From an uncultured Candidatus Saccharibacteria bacterium (lineage in GTDB: Bacteria > Patescibacteriota > Minisyncoccia > Phycocordibacterales > WO2-35-19): DNA of 64,000 nt. Below are positions 55,939-64,000 of this stretch, one piece after another. Made by a program: the position numbers and the translations under genes. Below the pieces are notes generated by a model. That model was not told the origin of the DNA. It was given only the letters and a program-made list of their open reading frames with translations, and ran no database searches. Each line of letters starts with the position of its first letter. Position 1 is the first letter of the stretch. The DNA lies in NCBI GenBank assembly GCA_964630525.1, contig CAZVUY010000003.1, forward strand, positions 48,699 through 112,698, given 5' to 3'.

Positions 55939-57168
55939 ATGCCAGATTTTATACCCCCAGAGATAGGGAATGCTCTTGTTCAAGCTTTCAAATATATCTA
56001 CTTAGCGATGCCTGTTTGGTTGCCTGTTTTTTTCCTCGTTACTCTTTTTAATGCCTGGATTTACTATCGCCGCTCAGCTTATTTCGCTGGCTTGGGGAGT
56101 ATTTTGCTTGAAATCAAATTGCCGAGAGAAGTATTTAAATCACCTGCGGCGATGGAGATCGTGCTTCAGGTTTTGCATCAAGGTGGTGGGGAGAGTACCT
56201 GGATCGATCGTCTTTGGCTTGGCAAAAAAAGAGATTGGTTTTCTCTCGAGATAGTCTCTTCTGGAGGTAAAGTGAGTTTCTACATTTGGACTCGACCCAA
56301 GTATCGCAACTTGATCGAGTCTCAGATCTATTCTCAATACCCAGGTGTCGAGGTTTATGAAGTCAAAGACTATACTTTGCCGTTTTTCTACAATCCGGAG
56401 GCCAATGAAGTTTGGGCTTGCGGCTTTGAGTTGGCTGAAGCTGATCCGTATCCCATTAAGACCTATATTGATTATGGTCTGGAGAAAGATCCTAAAGAAG
56501 AGTTCAAGATTGATCCGATGACCTCGATGATCGAGTTCCTTGGTTCGATCGTGAGTGGTCAGAATATTTGGATCCAAATATTAGTGCGAGCTCACAAGAA
56601 ACGTCGTGTTCTCGATCTTTTTGATGAAAAGGAAGATGCTTGGAAGGATGAGGCCAAAAATCAAATAAAAACAATCATTGAGAGCATGAAGGTTGAGGGT
56701 GCTAGTTTTGGTCGGATTCCAACCAAAGGTGAAGCAGATAAAATCGCCGCTTTAGAGAGGAGTGTCACCAAACTACCTTTTGATTGTGGTATCCGAGCCA
56801 TCTATTTGACTGATAAAGAAAAATTTAATTCAGCCAACATTGGCGGTATTACCGGGGCTCTCAAACAGTATGGTTCAAATGGTTTGAATGGATTCAAGCC
56901 GGCTGGTGGGATGACTATCTTCGATTACCCTTGGCAAGAGTGGTTTGGGGCCAAAGAAAAACTAAAACCAATTTTTCTTGATGAGTATAAACTCAGAAGA
57001 TTTTTTCACTCACCTTATGTTGGTAAAAAGTTTTATCACAAACCGTTTGTACTGAATGCTGAAGAGTTGGCCACAATTTTCCATTTTGTTGGATCGGTCG
57101 CCATGACACCAACCTTCGAAAGAGTTAATTCTAAGAAAGCTGAAGCACCTTCCAATTTACCGATATGA
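55939..57168 (+). CDS. Conserved CPR membrane-anchored hypothetical protein
   Basis: LLEIKLPRE, FSLEIVS, IESQIYSQYP, YPIKTY, LNAEELATIFHF. Confidence 0.8.
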   Translation: MPDFIPPEIGNALVQAFKYIYLAMPVWLPVFFLVTLFNAWIYYRRSAYFAGLGSILLEIKLPREVFKSPAAMEIVLQVLHQGGGESTWIDRLWLGKKRDWFSLEIVSSGGKVSFYIWTRPKYRNLIESQIYSQYPGVEVYEVKDYTLPFFYNPEANEVWACGFELAEADPYPIKTYIDYGLEKDPKEEFKIDPMTSMIEFLGSIVSGQNIWIQILVRAHKKRRVLDLFDEKEDAWKDEAKNQIKTIIESMKVEGASFGRIPTKGEADKIAALERSVTKLPFDCGIRAIYLTDKEKFNSANIGGITGALKQYGSNGLNGFKPAGGMTIFDYPWQEWFGAKEKLKPIFLDEYKLRRFFHSPYVGKKFYHKPFVLNAEELATIFHFVGSVAMTPTFERVNSKKAEAPSNLPI

Positions 57169-58271
57169 TAAAAATTTCAAATTTCAAAACTCAAATCTCA
57201 AAATTGTGGAGAAGATTTTTAGCCGAGACAGAAAGCCTGCGGGTGATTGTCGGCACCAATCCAAAAGTTATACTTTGGCGACTCCATATTTTCGGTTACT
57301 CCCCATTTCTTTCAAGGCATATTTTCAAAATCGCAGCTACTGGTCTGGTACTTTTCTCATTCTTTTTTAGTTTCTATATTTTTTGTTGGCGTTCACCACG
57401 ACCATTCCCTGAAAATGCATTAGTTACTGTTGAACGAGGTGAGCCTCTTTCTCAAATAGTGAACGATTTTGCTAGCAAAGGGGTGGTTCGTTCGTCATTT
57501 TGGCTTAGGGTTTTTATCACTATTTCAGGTGGACAAAATAGGGTGATTGCCGGAGATTATTATTTCCCAAAAGCAAAAAATGTTTTTAGTGTTGCTAAGG
57601 TGTTGCATCAGGGTAAATTTGGGCTTATCCCTTTTCGAGTCACTATCCCGGAAGGTCTTTCCTCAATGGAAATTGCTGACATCTTAGATGAACAGTTACC
57701 CGCTTTTAATTCAAGTGATTTTATAAGCGAGGTTGATAGCGGTGATTTTGAAGGTTACTTATTCCCCGATACTTACTTTTTTATGCCCAATACCAAGGCG
57801 GGCGATGTCATCTTGACCATGCGCGAGAATTTTGCGCGACAGGTGAGTACTTATGAAGCTGATATTGCAAAGTTTGAAAAGCCGCTGCATGAGGTGGTGA
57901 TCATGGCTTCTATCATTGAAGATGAGGCTAACAAGTCACTTGCCGATAAAAGGATTATTTCCGGTATTCTTTGGAAGCGGATCAGGATGGAAATGCCAAT
58001 GCAGGTGGATGCTCCTTTCAAATATTACAACGGCAAGCACAGCTACACTTTGACCAACGAAGATTTAAAAGAAGATCATCCTTACAATACTTATATAAAC
58101 AAAGGTTTGCCGCCGACGGCGATCAGCAACCCGGGGATTGATTCTATTCGCGCCGCTATCACCCCGACCCCGACTAATTACCTTTACTTCATGTCTGACA
58201 AGTCAGGTAACCTTTACTACGCTTCCGACTTTGAGGGGCATCAGGTGAATAGGGAGCGGTATTTGAGGTAG
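57165..58271 (+). CDS. mltG: Endolytic transglycosylase MltG
   Basis: VTIPEG, EGYLFPDTY, MASIIEDE, PYNTYINKGLPPTAISNPG, YLYF. Confidence 0.94.
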   Translation: MIKISNFKTQISKLWRRFLAETESLRVIVGTNPKVILWRLHIFGYSPFLSRHIFKIAATGLVLFSFFFSFYIFCWRSPRPFPENALVTVERGEPLSQIVNDFASKGVVRSSFWLRVFITISGGQNRVIAGDYYFPKAKNVFSVAKVLHQGKFGLIPFRVTIPEGLSSMEIADILDEQLPAFNSSDFISEVDSGDFEGYLFPDTYFFMPNTKAGDVILTMRENFARQVSTYEADIAKFEKPLHEVVIMASIIEDEANKSLADKRIISGILWKRIRMEMPMQVDAPFKYYNGKHSYTLTNEDLKEDHPYNTYINKGLPPTAISNPGIDSIRAAITPTPTNYLYFMSDKSGNLYYASDFEGHQVNRERYLR

Positions 58272-58346
58272 CGATTAAAATATTGAAAGATTTAAAGATT
58301 GAAAAAATAGAAAGCGAGCCGTCCTCCGAGTACGGCTCGCTCTGGT

Positions 58347-58727
58347 TTATTGGCCTGCCGGTAATCTCTCCAGAGCTTTTTCGAACACGGCTTTGTAGAC
58401 CTCCATTGGTTTTGCCTGCCCCACCCCTTTCGCGAGGAAAAACATTGGGTTGGGGTCGGAATCTGTGGACAAACAGCAAAAGATTCTGGTTGCCCAAGAC
58501 CCCGATTGACAAATAAAACGCACAAGAAATTGAACCGAGAAAATATTATGTCCTGACTGCTGGTACCTTTCTATTTCAAGTCGAACTATTGAATCTTTTG
58601 GCAACGAAACACCTTGATTTATAACCTCACACTGTAACATCAAGGATGTAACGGTTTGGGCTGTTACGATGTGGTTGAAGTCAGGATTGTTGAATTCAAC
58701 ATTTTTTATTTCAAACTGGAAATTCAT
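58347..58727 (-). CDS. Hypothetical protein
   Basis: 126-aa ORF with AAGGAG SD. Confidence 0.55.
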   Translation of the reverse strand: MNFQFEIKNVEFNNPDFNHIVTAQTVTSLMLQCEVINQGVSLPKDSIVRLEIERYQQSGHNIFSVQFLVRFICQSGSWATRIFCCLSTDSDPNPMFFLAKGVGQAKPMEVYKAVFEKALERLPAGQ

Positions 58728-58776
58728 CCAAAGCTCCTTTCTTGCGAACTTTCCGAAAATAAACTAACATACTGTT

Positions 58777-60027
58777 ATGAAAAGTCAACCAAGTAGTGAA
58801 AAATTCCATAGCCCTAAAAAAGCAGGCAAGGCCCAATCGAATTTTCTACTACAAGATCAAGCGAAAAAAGGAAGGGTGTTTGTCGGACTCTCCGGTGGGG
58901 TGGACTCGGCGGTGAGTGCGGCGCTCTTAAAAAAAGAAGGTTACGAGGTGACCGGAGTTTTTATAAAGGCCTGGGACCCAGCCTCGACGTCAAACCACAG
59001 GCATATAAAATATCCGTGCACATGGAAAGAAGACAGGCGGAGCGCTATGCGAGCGGCAGCTGTTTTGGACATACCATTTTTAACTTTGGATTTGGAAAAA
59101 GAATACAAACAGGAAGTGGTGGACTACATGATAAAAGAATACAAAGAGGGTAAAACTCCAAACCCGGATGTTATGTGCAACAAAGAAATAAAATTTGGCC
59201 ATTTTTTGAAGTTCGCTTTAAAAAATGGAGCAGATTTTGTGGCGACCGGGCATTATGCTCAAAAGCTAAAAGCTAAAAGCTTAGAGCTTAAAGTAAAAAT
59301 TTCCAATTCCAAACCTCTTAGCTCCAAGCTTTTAGCTCCAAGCTATATCTTGAGTGAAGCGAAAGATAAAAACAAAGATCAATCATATTTCCTCTGGACT
59401 CTTACTCAAGAGCAGCTTGCTCGTACGCTCTTTCCGGTCGGTCATCTTGAGAAAGAAGGGGTGAGGAAGTTGGCGGTGAAATTTGGTTTGCCGCAGGCCA
59501 CTCGGAAAGACAGCCAGGGTCTGTGCTTCCTTGGCAAGATCGATATAAAAGAATTTTTGAAAGATTATTTACAATCAGCAAAAGGCGAGGTGATTAATGA
59601 AAAAGGTGAAGTGGTGGGCGAACATGATAGTGCTGTATTTTATACGATTGGGGAGAGGCATGGTTTTAGGGTTACCCAAAAGAGGGACAACGAAGTGCCG
59701 CTGTATGTGGTGGCTAAAGATATAGTTAAAAATACCATCACTGTTGCACCCAGGTTGAATACTGGAGAAAAGAAAGAGAGAGTTAGACAAAAGATTGCCT
59801 TGTCAGATGTAAACTGGAATCAAGGCAAAGAGCCTGATTTGAAAAAGTTTTATACCGCCAGAGTGAGATATCGGGGTGAAAAAATAAAATGCCAAATTAA
59901 GATTGAGGAAGGTGGGGTGGTCGTGAGCCTAGCCAAATACCAACAAGGAGTATCTCTCGGTCAATCACTCGTTTTGTATCAGGGTGAAATTTGTATTGGT
60001 GGCGGCGTGATGTCTGAAATATTGTAA
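58777..60027 (+). CDS. mnmA: tRNA 2-thiouridine(34) synthase MnmA
   Basis: SGGVDS, TPNPDVMCN, ATGHY, KDQSYFL, DSQGLCF. Confidence 0.97.
   Translation: MKSQPSSEKFHSPKKAGKAQSNFLLQDQAKKGRVFVGLSGGVDSAVSAALLKKEGYEVTGVFIKAWDPASTSNHRHIKYPCTWKEDRRSAMRAAAVLDIPFLTLDLEKEYKQEVVDYMIKEYKEGKTPNPDVMCNKEIKFGHFLKFALKNGADFVATGHYAQKLKAKSLELKVKISNSKPLSSKLLAPSYILSEAKDKNKDQSYFLWTLTQEQLARTLFPVGHLEKEGVRKLAVKFGLPQATRKDSQGLCFLGKIDIKEFLKDYLQSAKGEVINEKGEVVGEHDSAVFYTIGERHGFRVTQKRDNEVPLYVVAKDIVKNTITVAPRLNTGEKKERVRQKIALSDVNWNQGKEPDLKKFYTARVRYRGEKIKCQIKIEEGGVVVSLAKYQQGVSLGQSLVLYQGEICIGGGVMSEIL
59264..59344 (+). repeat. AGCT-heptamer palindromic repeat within mnmA
   Basis: agctaaaagcttagagct pairs with agctccaagcttttagct. 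Confidence 0.85.
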
Positions 60028-60049
60028 ATATGTTATATAATACTCATCT

Positions 60050-60886
60050 ATGAATGATGGTGTCACTATAGTCAAAGCTACGGGCGAGAGAGAAGTTTTC
60101 GATCCGCAAAAACTTCGCAATTCTTTACGTAAAGCTGGTGCGGGAGAAGAAACGACCAACAGGATCATTGATCAAATAGTTGGAGTTCTAAAAGATGGTG
60201 ATACTACCAAAGAGATTTATACTCGAGCTTTCGACCTCCTTAAACAGGAAAATGTGCCAAAGGTAACTGCTCGTTATTCCTTGAGAAATGCCATCATGGA
60301 TTTGGGTCCTTCCGGTTTTCCGTTTGAACAGTTTGTCGCTCAGATTTTCCAGGCCAAAGGTTTTGAGACTGCAACTGATTTTATTGCTCAAGGTCACTGC
60401 GCTGAACACGAGATCGATATTGTGGCTTGGAATCCAGAAAAATTGATCATGGTGGAAGCAAAGTTTCACAATATCTTCGGTATCAAGTCTGATCTGAAGG
60501 TGGCGCTTTATGTCAAAGCGCGTTGGGAAGATTTGGTAGATCAAGAATTTGATTTTGGTCACAAACGTAAATTAGATGAAGGTTGGCTTGTCACCAATAC
60601 CAAGTTTTCGGAAGCAGCGATCAAATATGCCAATTGCCGAGGAATGAAATTGGTCGGCTGGAATTATCCAGAAGATGGCAGTTTGCAAGATTTGATCGAA
60701 GATGCCAGGCTTCATCCGATCACCTGCCTCACCTCTATCAACCCGAGTGACGAAAAGCTTCTGATGGCTGCCGGTATAGTGCTCTGTAAACAGGCTAAGG
60801 ACAATCCGGATGTGGTGCTTCAAACCGGACTAAATAAAAACAAGTTAGATAAAATGTTGGAGGAGATTGAAATTATTTCTAACTGA
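60050..60886 (+). CDS. ATP-cone domain fused to an Mrr-like restriction endonuclease domain
   Basis: IVKATGEREVFDPQKLRNSL (ATP cone); GFPFEQFVA...HEIDIVA...VEAK...LVTNTKFS. Confidence 0.85.
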   Translation: MNDGVTIVKATGEREVFDPQKLRNSLRKAGAGEETTNRIIDQIVGVLKDGDTTKEIYTRAFDLLKQENVPKVTARYSLRNAIMDLGPSGFPFEQFVAQIFQAKGFETATDFIAQGHCAEHEIDIVAWNPEKLIMVEAKFHNIFGIKSDLKVALYVKARWEDLVDQEFDFGHKRKLDEGWLVTNTKFSEAAIKYANCRGMKLVGWNYPEDGSLQDLIEDARLHPITCLTSINPSDEKLLMAAGIVLCKQAKDNPDVVLQTGLNKNKLDKMLEEIEIISN

Positions 60887-61620
60887 TGGCCTTTTATCGC
60901 AAAAAACTTTATGATCCGAAAGCAAAGGAGGCTTTCAAAATAAGCCGGTCCAAAATCGACCTTTTCATCCAATGCCCGCGTTGTTTCTACCTTGATCGTC
61001 GGCTGGGGGTGTCGAGACCACAAGGTTTCCCTTTCAACCTAAACAGCGCAGTCGATATTTTGCTTAAAAAAGAATTTGACTTGCATCGAGCTCAAAAAAC
61101 ACCGCATCCTCTCATGGATGCTTATGGAGTCGAGGCAGTACCTTTGGCTCATCAAAACATGGACACCTGGAGAGATACCTTCAAAGGAGTAGAGTTTTTC
61201 CATGAACCAACCAATTTTATTGTTTTCGGCGGGGTAGATGATGTTTGGATCAATCAAAATCAGGAGCTTATCGTAGTTGACTACAAGGCGACTAGTAAAG
61301 ATGAAAAAGTAAATTTGGATGCCGAGTGGCAAGATGGTTACAAGAGGCAAATGGAAGTTTACCAATGGCTCTTGCGCCAAAATGGTTTTAAGGTTAGTGA
61401 CACTGGGTATTTCGTTTACGCCAATGGCAAAAGAGACAGGGAAGCCTTCGATGGGAAACTAGAGTTTGATGTGACCCTGATTCCTTACACTGGTTCCGCT
61501 GATTGGATAGAAAAAACTTTGCTAAAAATGAAAGAATGTTTAGATGGAGAAATACCAAAATCTTCTCCGGTTTGCGAGTATTGTGCTTATATAAATAATG
61601 TAAATAATTCTTTAAAATAG
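60886..61620 (+). CDS. PD-(D/E)xK nuclease with Cys cluster (Cas4/RecB-like fold)
   Basis: CPRCFY, GGVDD, VVDYK, QMEVY, CEYC. Confidence 0.85.
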   Translation: MAFYRKKLYDPKAKEAFKISRSKIDLFIQCPRCFYLDRRLGVSRPQGFPFNLNSAVDILLKKEFDLHRAQKTPHPLMDAYGVEAVPLAHQNMDTWRDTFKGVEFFHEPTNFIVFGGVDDVWINQNQELIVVDYKATSKDEKVNLDAEWQDGYKRQMEVYQWLLRQNGFKVSDTGYFVYANGKRDREAFDGKLEFDVTLIPYTGSADWIEKTLLKMKECLDGEIPKSSPVCEYCAYINNVNNSLK

Positions 61621-61797
61621 TAGTGGCGAACCTTTCGGTTCGCCACACTGGTTTGTCTGCCTAGCCCTTTCTCTTCTTGAGAGGGTCCGGTAGACGGAAA
61701 GTATCTTTCCCCTTGGTTTGAGCGATGATGAAATCGGTCCGCGCCAAGAGCTTTCTGAAATTACTCAAACTCATCCTGTTCTCCTAATGAAAATAGT

Positions 61798-62070
61798 ATG
61801 AAAACAAAAATAAAAACACAAATAACTTTTACACAGAAAGTTTTGGAGGTTGTAAGGAAAATACCAAGGGGGAAAATTTTGACCTACAAACAAGTGGCCA
61901 AATTTGCAGGGAGTCCAAATGCGGCTCGGGCAGTCGGGAGTGTTTTGAAGCAAAATTATGATCCCAAAATTCCTTGTCACCGAGTGATTCGTAGCGACGG
62001 AGTAGCCGGTGAATACAATCGTGGGCGAGCCAACAAAATCAAATTATTAAAAGCAGAAGAGGCGCTCTAG
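61798..62070 (+). CDS. O6-alkylguanine-DNA alkyltransferase (C-terminal domain only)
   Basis: IPRGKILTY, ARAVG, IPCHRV. Confidence 0.9.
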   Translation: MKTKIKTQITFTQKVLEVVRKIPRGKILTYKQVAKFAGSPNAARAVGSVLKQNYDPKIPCHRVIRSDGVAGEYNRGRANKIKLLKAEEAL

Positions 62071-62208
62071 TTTGGCGCCCCTGAGAAAAACTCGTTAATA
62101 AGAACTATTACTATCCAAAGCAGGATAATAATATCAATAAAGCGAATCTTAACCAACCCCTTCTGATTCATAGTTGCACCTCTCCTCCATTTATAACATA
62201 ATTGCCGC

Positions 62209-62814
62209 ATGTCTCAAACAGTAGAAGAGAGGAGAGAATTGTTAAAAAAGATACGTGACGAAGTGGTGGAGTTGAAAAACTCGCCACTATATAAATTTCG
62301 GGTTGAAAATAAAAATCTGCCGGTGATCGGGGAGGGAAGTCATTTTGCCAAAATCATGTTTATCGGTGAGGCGCCGGGTAGGAACGAAGCCAAGACCGGC
62401 CGACCATTTTGCGGGGCGGCCGGTAAAATTTTGGACGAGCTCTTAGGGGCTGTAGGTATTGAGCGGAGCGAAATATATGTGACCAATATCGTCAAAGATC
62501 GGCCGCCACAAAATAGGGATCCGTTGCCGGAGGAGATAAAAATTTATGGTCCGTTTTTGGATCGACAAATTGAGATTATCCAACCGAGAGTGATCGCAAC
62601 TTTGGGTCGGTATGCGATGGGGTATGTTATGCCGAAGTTTGACCTGTCTCTCAAGTTAGAACCGATCAGCAAAGCTCATGGCAAAACATATGAAGCCCTG
62701 GCTACTTATGGTCCGATCAAAATTATCCCTCTCTATCACCCAGCCGTTGCTGTCTACAACTCCCATACCAAAGATATTTTAAAAAAAGATTTTGAGGTTT
62801 TGAAAAATTTGTAG
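62209..62814 (+). CDS. Uracil-DNA glycosylase family 4
   Basis: IGEAPG, GRPFCGAAG, TNIVK.RPPQNRDP, YHPA. Confidence 0.93.
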   Translation: MSQTVEERRELLKKIRDEVVELKNSPLYKFRVENKNLPVIGEGSHFAKIMFIGEAPGRNEAKTGRPFCGAAGKILDELLGAVGIERSEIYVTNIVKDRPPQNRDPLPEEIKIYGPFLDRQIEIIQPRVIATLGRYAMGYVMPKFDLSLKLEPISKAHGKTYEALATYGPIKIIPLYHPAVAVYNSHTKDILKKDFEVLKNL

Positions 62815-62826
62815 TAAGGTTTTCCT

Positions 62827-64000
62827 ATGAAATACAAAACGGAGTGGGATTTGGGTCATATCTATAAAGGAGAGGTGAAAAGGCAGGTAGCCAAAGATCT
62901 GGCTACTACTAAAAAAGAGTATTTGGCATTTGCCAAAAAATATCGCCAAAACAAAAAGCATCTTAAAAATCCAAAGGCGCTAGCGGGGGCTATTTTAGAA
63001 TATGAAAAATTAGGAGCCAATCCATCTAGCTCCCGGCCGAGTGCTTACTATTCGTACCGAAAGAGCTTGAATGCGCTGGACAATGAAGCTCAAGCCGAGC
63101 TCGCCAAACTCTCTGATTTTTATTCCAAACTTGGGAATGAAGTGGAATTTTTTATGCTGGAAGTTGGGAAAATATCCAAAAATCTACAACCCAAATTTTT
63201 GAAATCAAAAGAGTTGGCGCCTTTTAAATATTTTTTGACTAAAGTCTTTGAAAATGCCAAACATGATTTGAGTGAAGCGGAAGAAAAAATAATGAATCTA
63301 AAAAGCGCACCCTCTCACCAGATGTGGGTTTCTGGTTTTGCTCGGCTTTTGAATAAGCAAGAAGTGGAACACGAGGGGAGGCCAGTGCCTATCTCTGAAG
63401 CTGGCTCAAAAATTTCTACTTTGCCGACGAAAGCAAGAAGAGAGCTACATCAAAAATTGATGAAGGTTTACGAAAACGTGGCTGATTTTTCGGAAAGCGA
63501 AATAAATGCGATCGTGACCAACAAGAAAATCAGTGATGAATTGCGAGGGTTCAAAACTCCTTATGAAGAAACTGTCAAAGGTTATGAAAATGAACCAAAG
63601 ACGGTGAGGGAACTGACAGAGGCAGTAACCAAAAATTTTGAGATTGCTCACCGTTTTTTCAAGTTGAAAGCCGAAATGCTGGGTGAAAAAAGGCTGACCT
63701 ATGCCGACCGGGCGGCTAAAGTCGGCTCGGCTCAAGTGAAGATTGGCTTTGAAGAAGCAACGGAAAGAGTGATCCGTTCATTCAATGAAGCTGATCCAAG
63801 TTTCGGCGCTTTTGTCAAAGAAATGCTGGAGCGAGGTTTAGTGGACGTTTTTCCCAAGAAGGGCAAAACCAGTGGGGCCTTCTGTTCTTCTTGTACCGGC
63901 CTACCTTCTTATGTGCTCCTAAATCATATTGAAGATTTTAGATCGATCACCACTTTGGCTCACGAGATGGGCCATGCTCTGCACAGCAAATATTCGAAAA
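62827..64000 (+). CDS. pepF: Oligoendopeptidase F (M3B peptidase), runs off the window
   Basis: ATG at 62827, MKYKTEWDL; GKTSGAFC, YVLLN, TLAHEMGHALH. Confidence 0.9.
   Translation, partial: MKYKTEWDLGHIYKGEVKRQVAKDLATTKKEYLAFAKKYRQNKKHLKNPKALAGAILEYEKLGANPSSSRPSAYYSYRKSLNALDNEAQAELAKLSDFYSKLGNEVEFFMLEVGKISKNLQPKFLKSKELAPFKYFLTKVFENAKHDLSEAEEKIMNLKSAPSHQMWVSGFARLLNKQEVEHEGRPVPISEAGSKISTLPTKARRELHQKLMKVYENVADFSESEINAIVTNKKISDELRGFKTPYEETVKGYENEPKTVRELTEAVTKNFEIAHRFFKLKAEMLGEKRLTYADRAAKVGSAQVKIGFEEATERVIRSFNEADPSFGAFVKEMLERGLVDVFPKKGKTSGAFCSSCTGLPSYVLLNHIEDFRSITTLAHEMGHALHSKYSK

Noticed and set aside
60886-61620. Cas4-like nuclease as evidence for CRISPR-Cas
   Set aside because: No cas1/cas2 and no repeat-spacer array was seen anywhere in the window.

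Overview
A 64-kb chromosomal segment that looks like a Patescibacteria/CPR (Parcubacteria-like) genome. This is inferred from compact core genes, many short orphan ORFs and apparently leaderless transcripts. Housekeeping genes include secA (3' part), tag, mscL, pyrF, ddl, dnaX, lexA, typA, pgi, ychF, leuS, mltG, mnmA and a partial pepF, plus tRNA-Ala(UGC) and tRNA-Gln(UUG). Just downstream of tRNA-Gln is a 13.3-kb island bounded by a 12-bp direct repeat. It carries a putative heterodimeric two-methylase restriction system, a large serine recombinase, a thermonuclease, a ParB-methylase/terminase-small-subunit-like pair, a LexA/CI-like repressor and orphan cargo, and it is followed by a relic of a second, related element. 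Two signals stand out. (1) A GNRA-capped structured RNA between the recombinase and nuclease genes has a 20-nt segment antisense to the first codons of the recombinase mRNA, with the core also antisense to the nuclease translation start; this resembles phage P4 CI / P1 C4 antisense immunity RNAs. (2) A family of AGCT-heptamer palindromic elements is inserted in frame in leuS and mnmA. Also present are an IS3-family element, two MITE-like inverted-repeat elements, REP-like in-frame insertions in ychF, a duplicated ychF 5' end, several candidate sRNAs and a GC-rich PEP-CTERM gene. All calls come from reading the sequence; no database searches were run.
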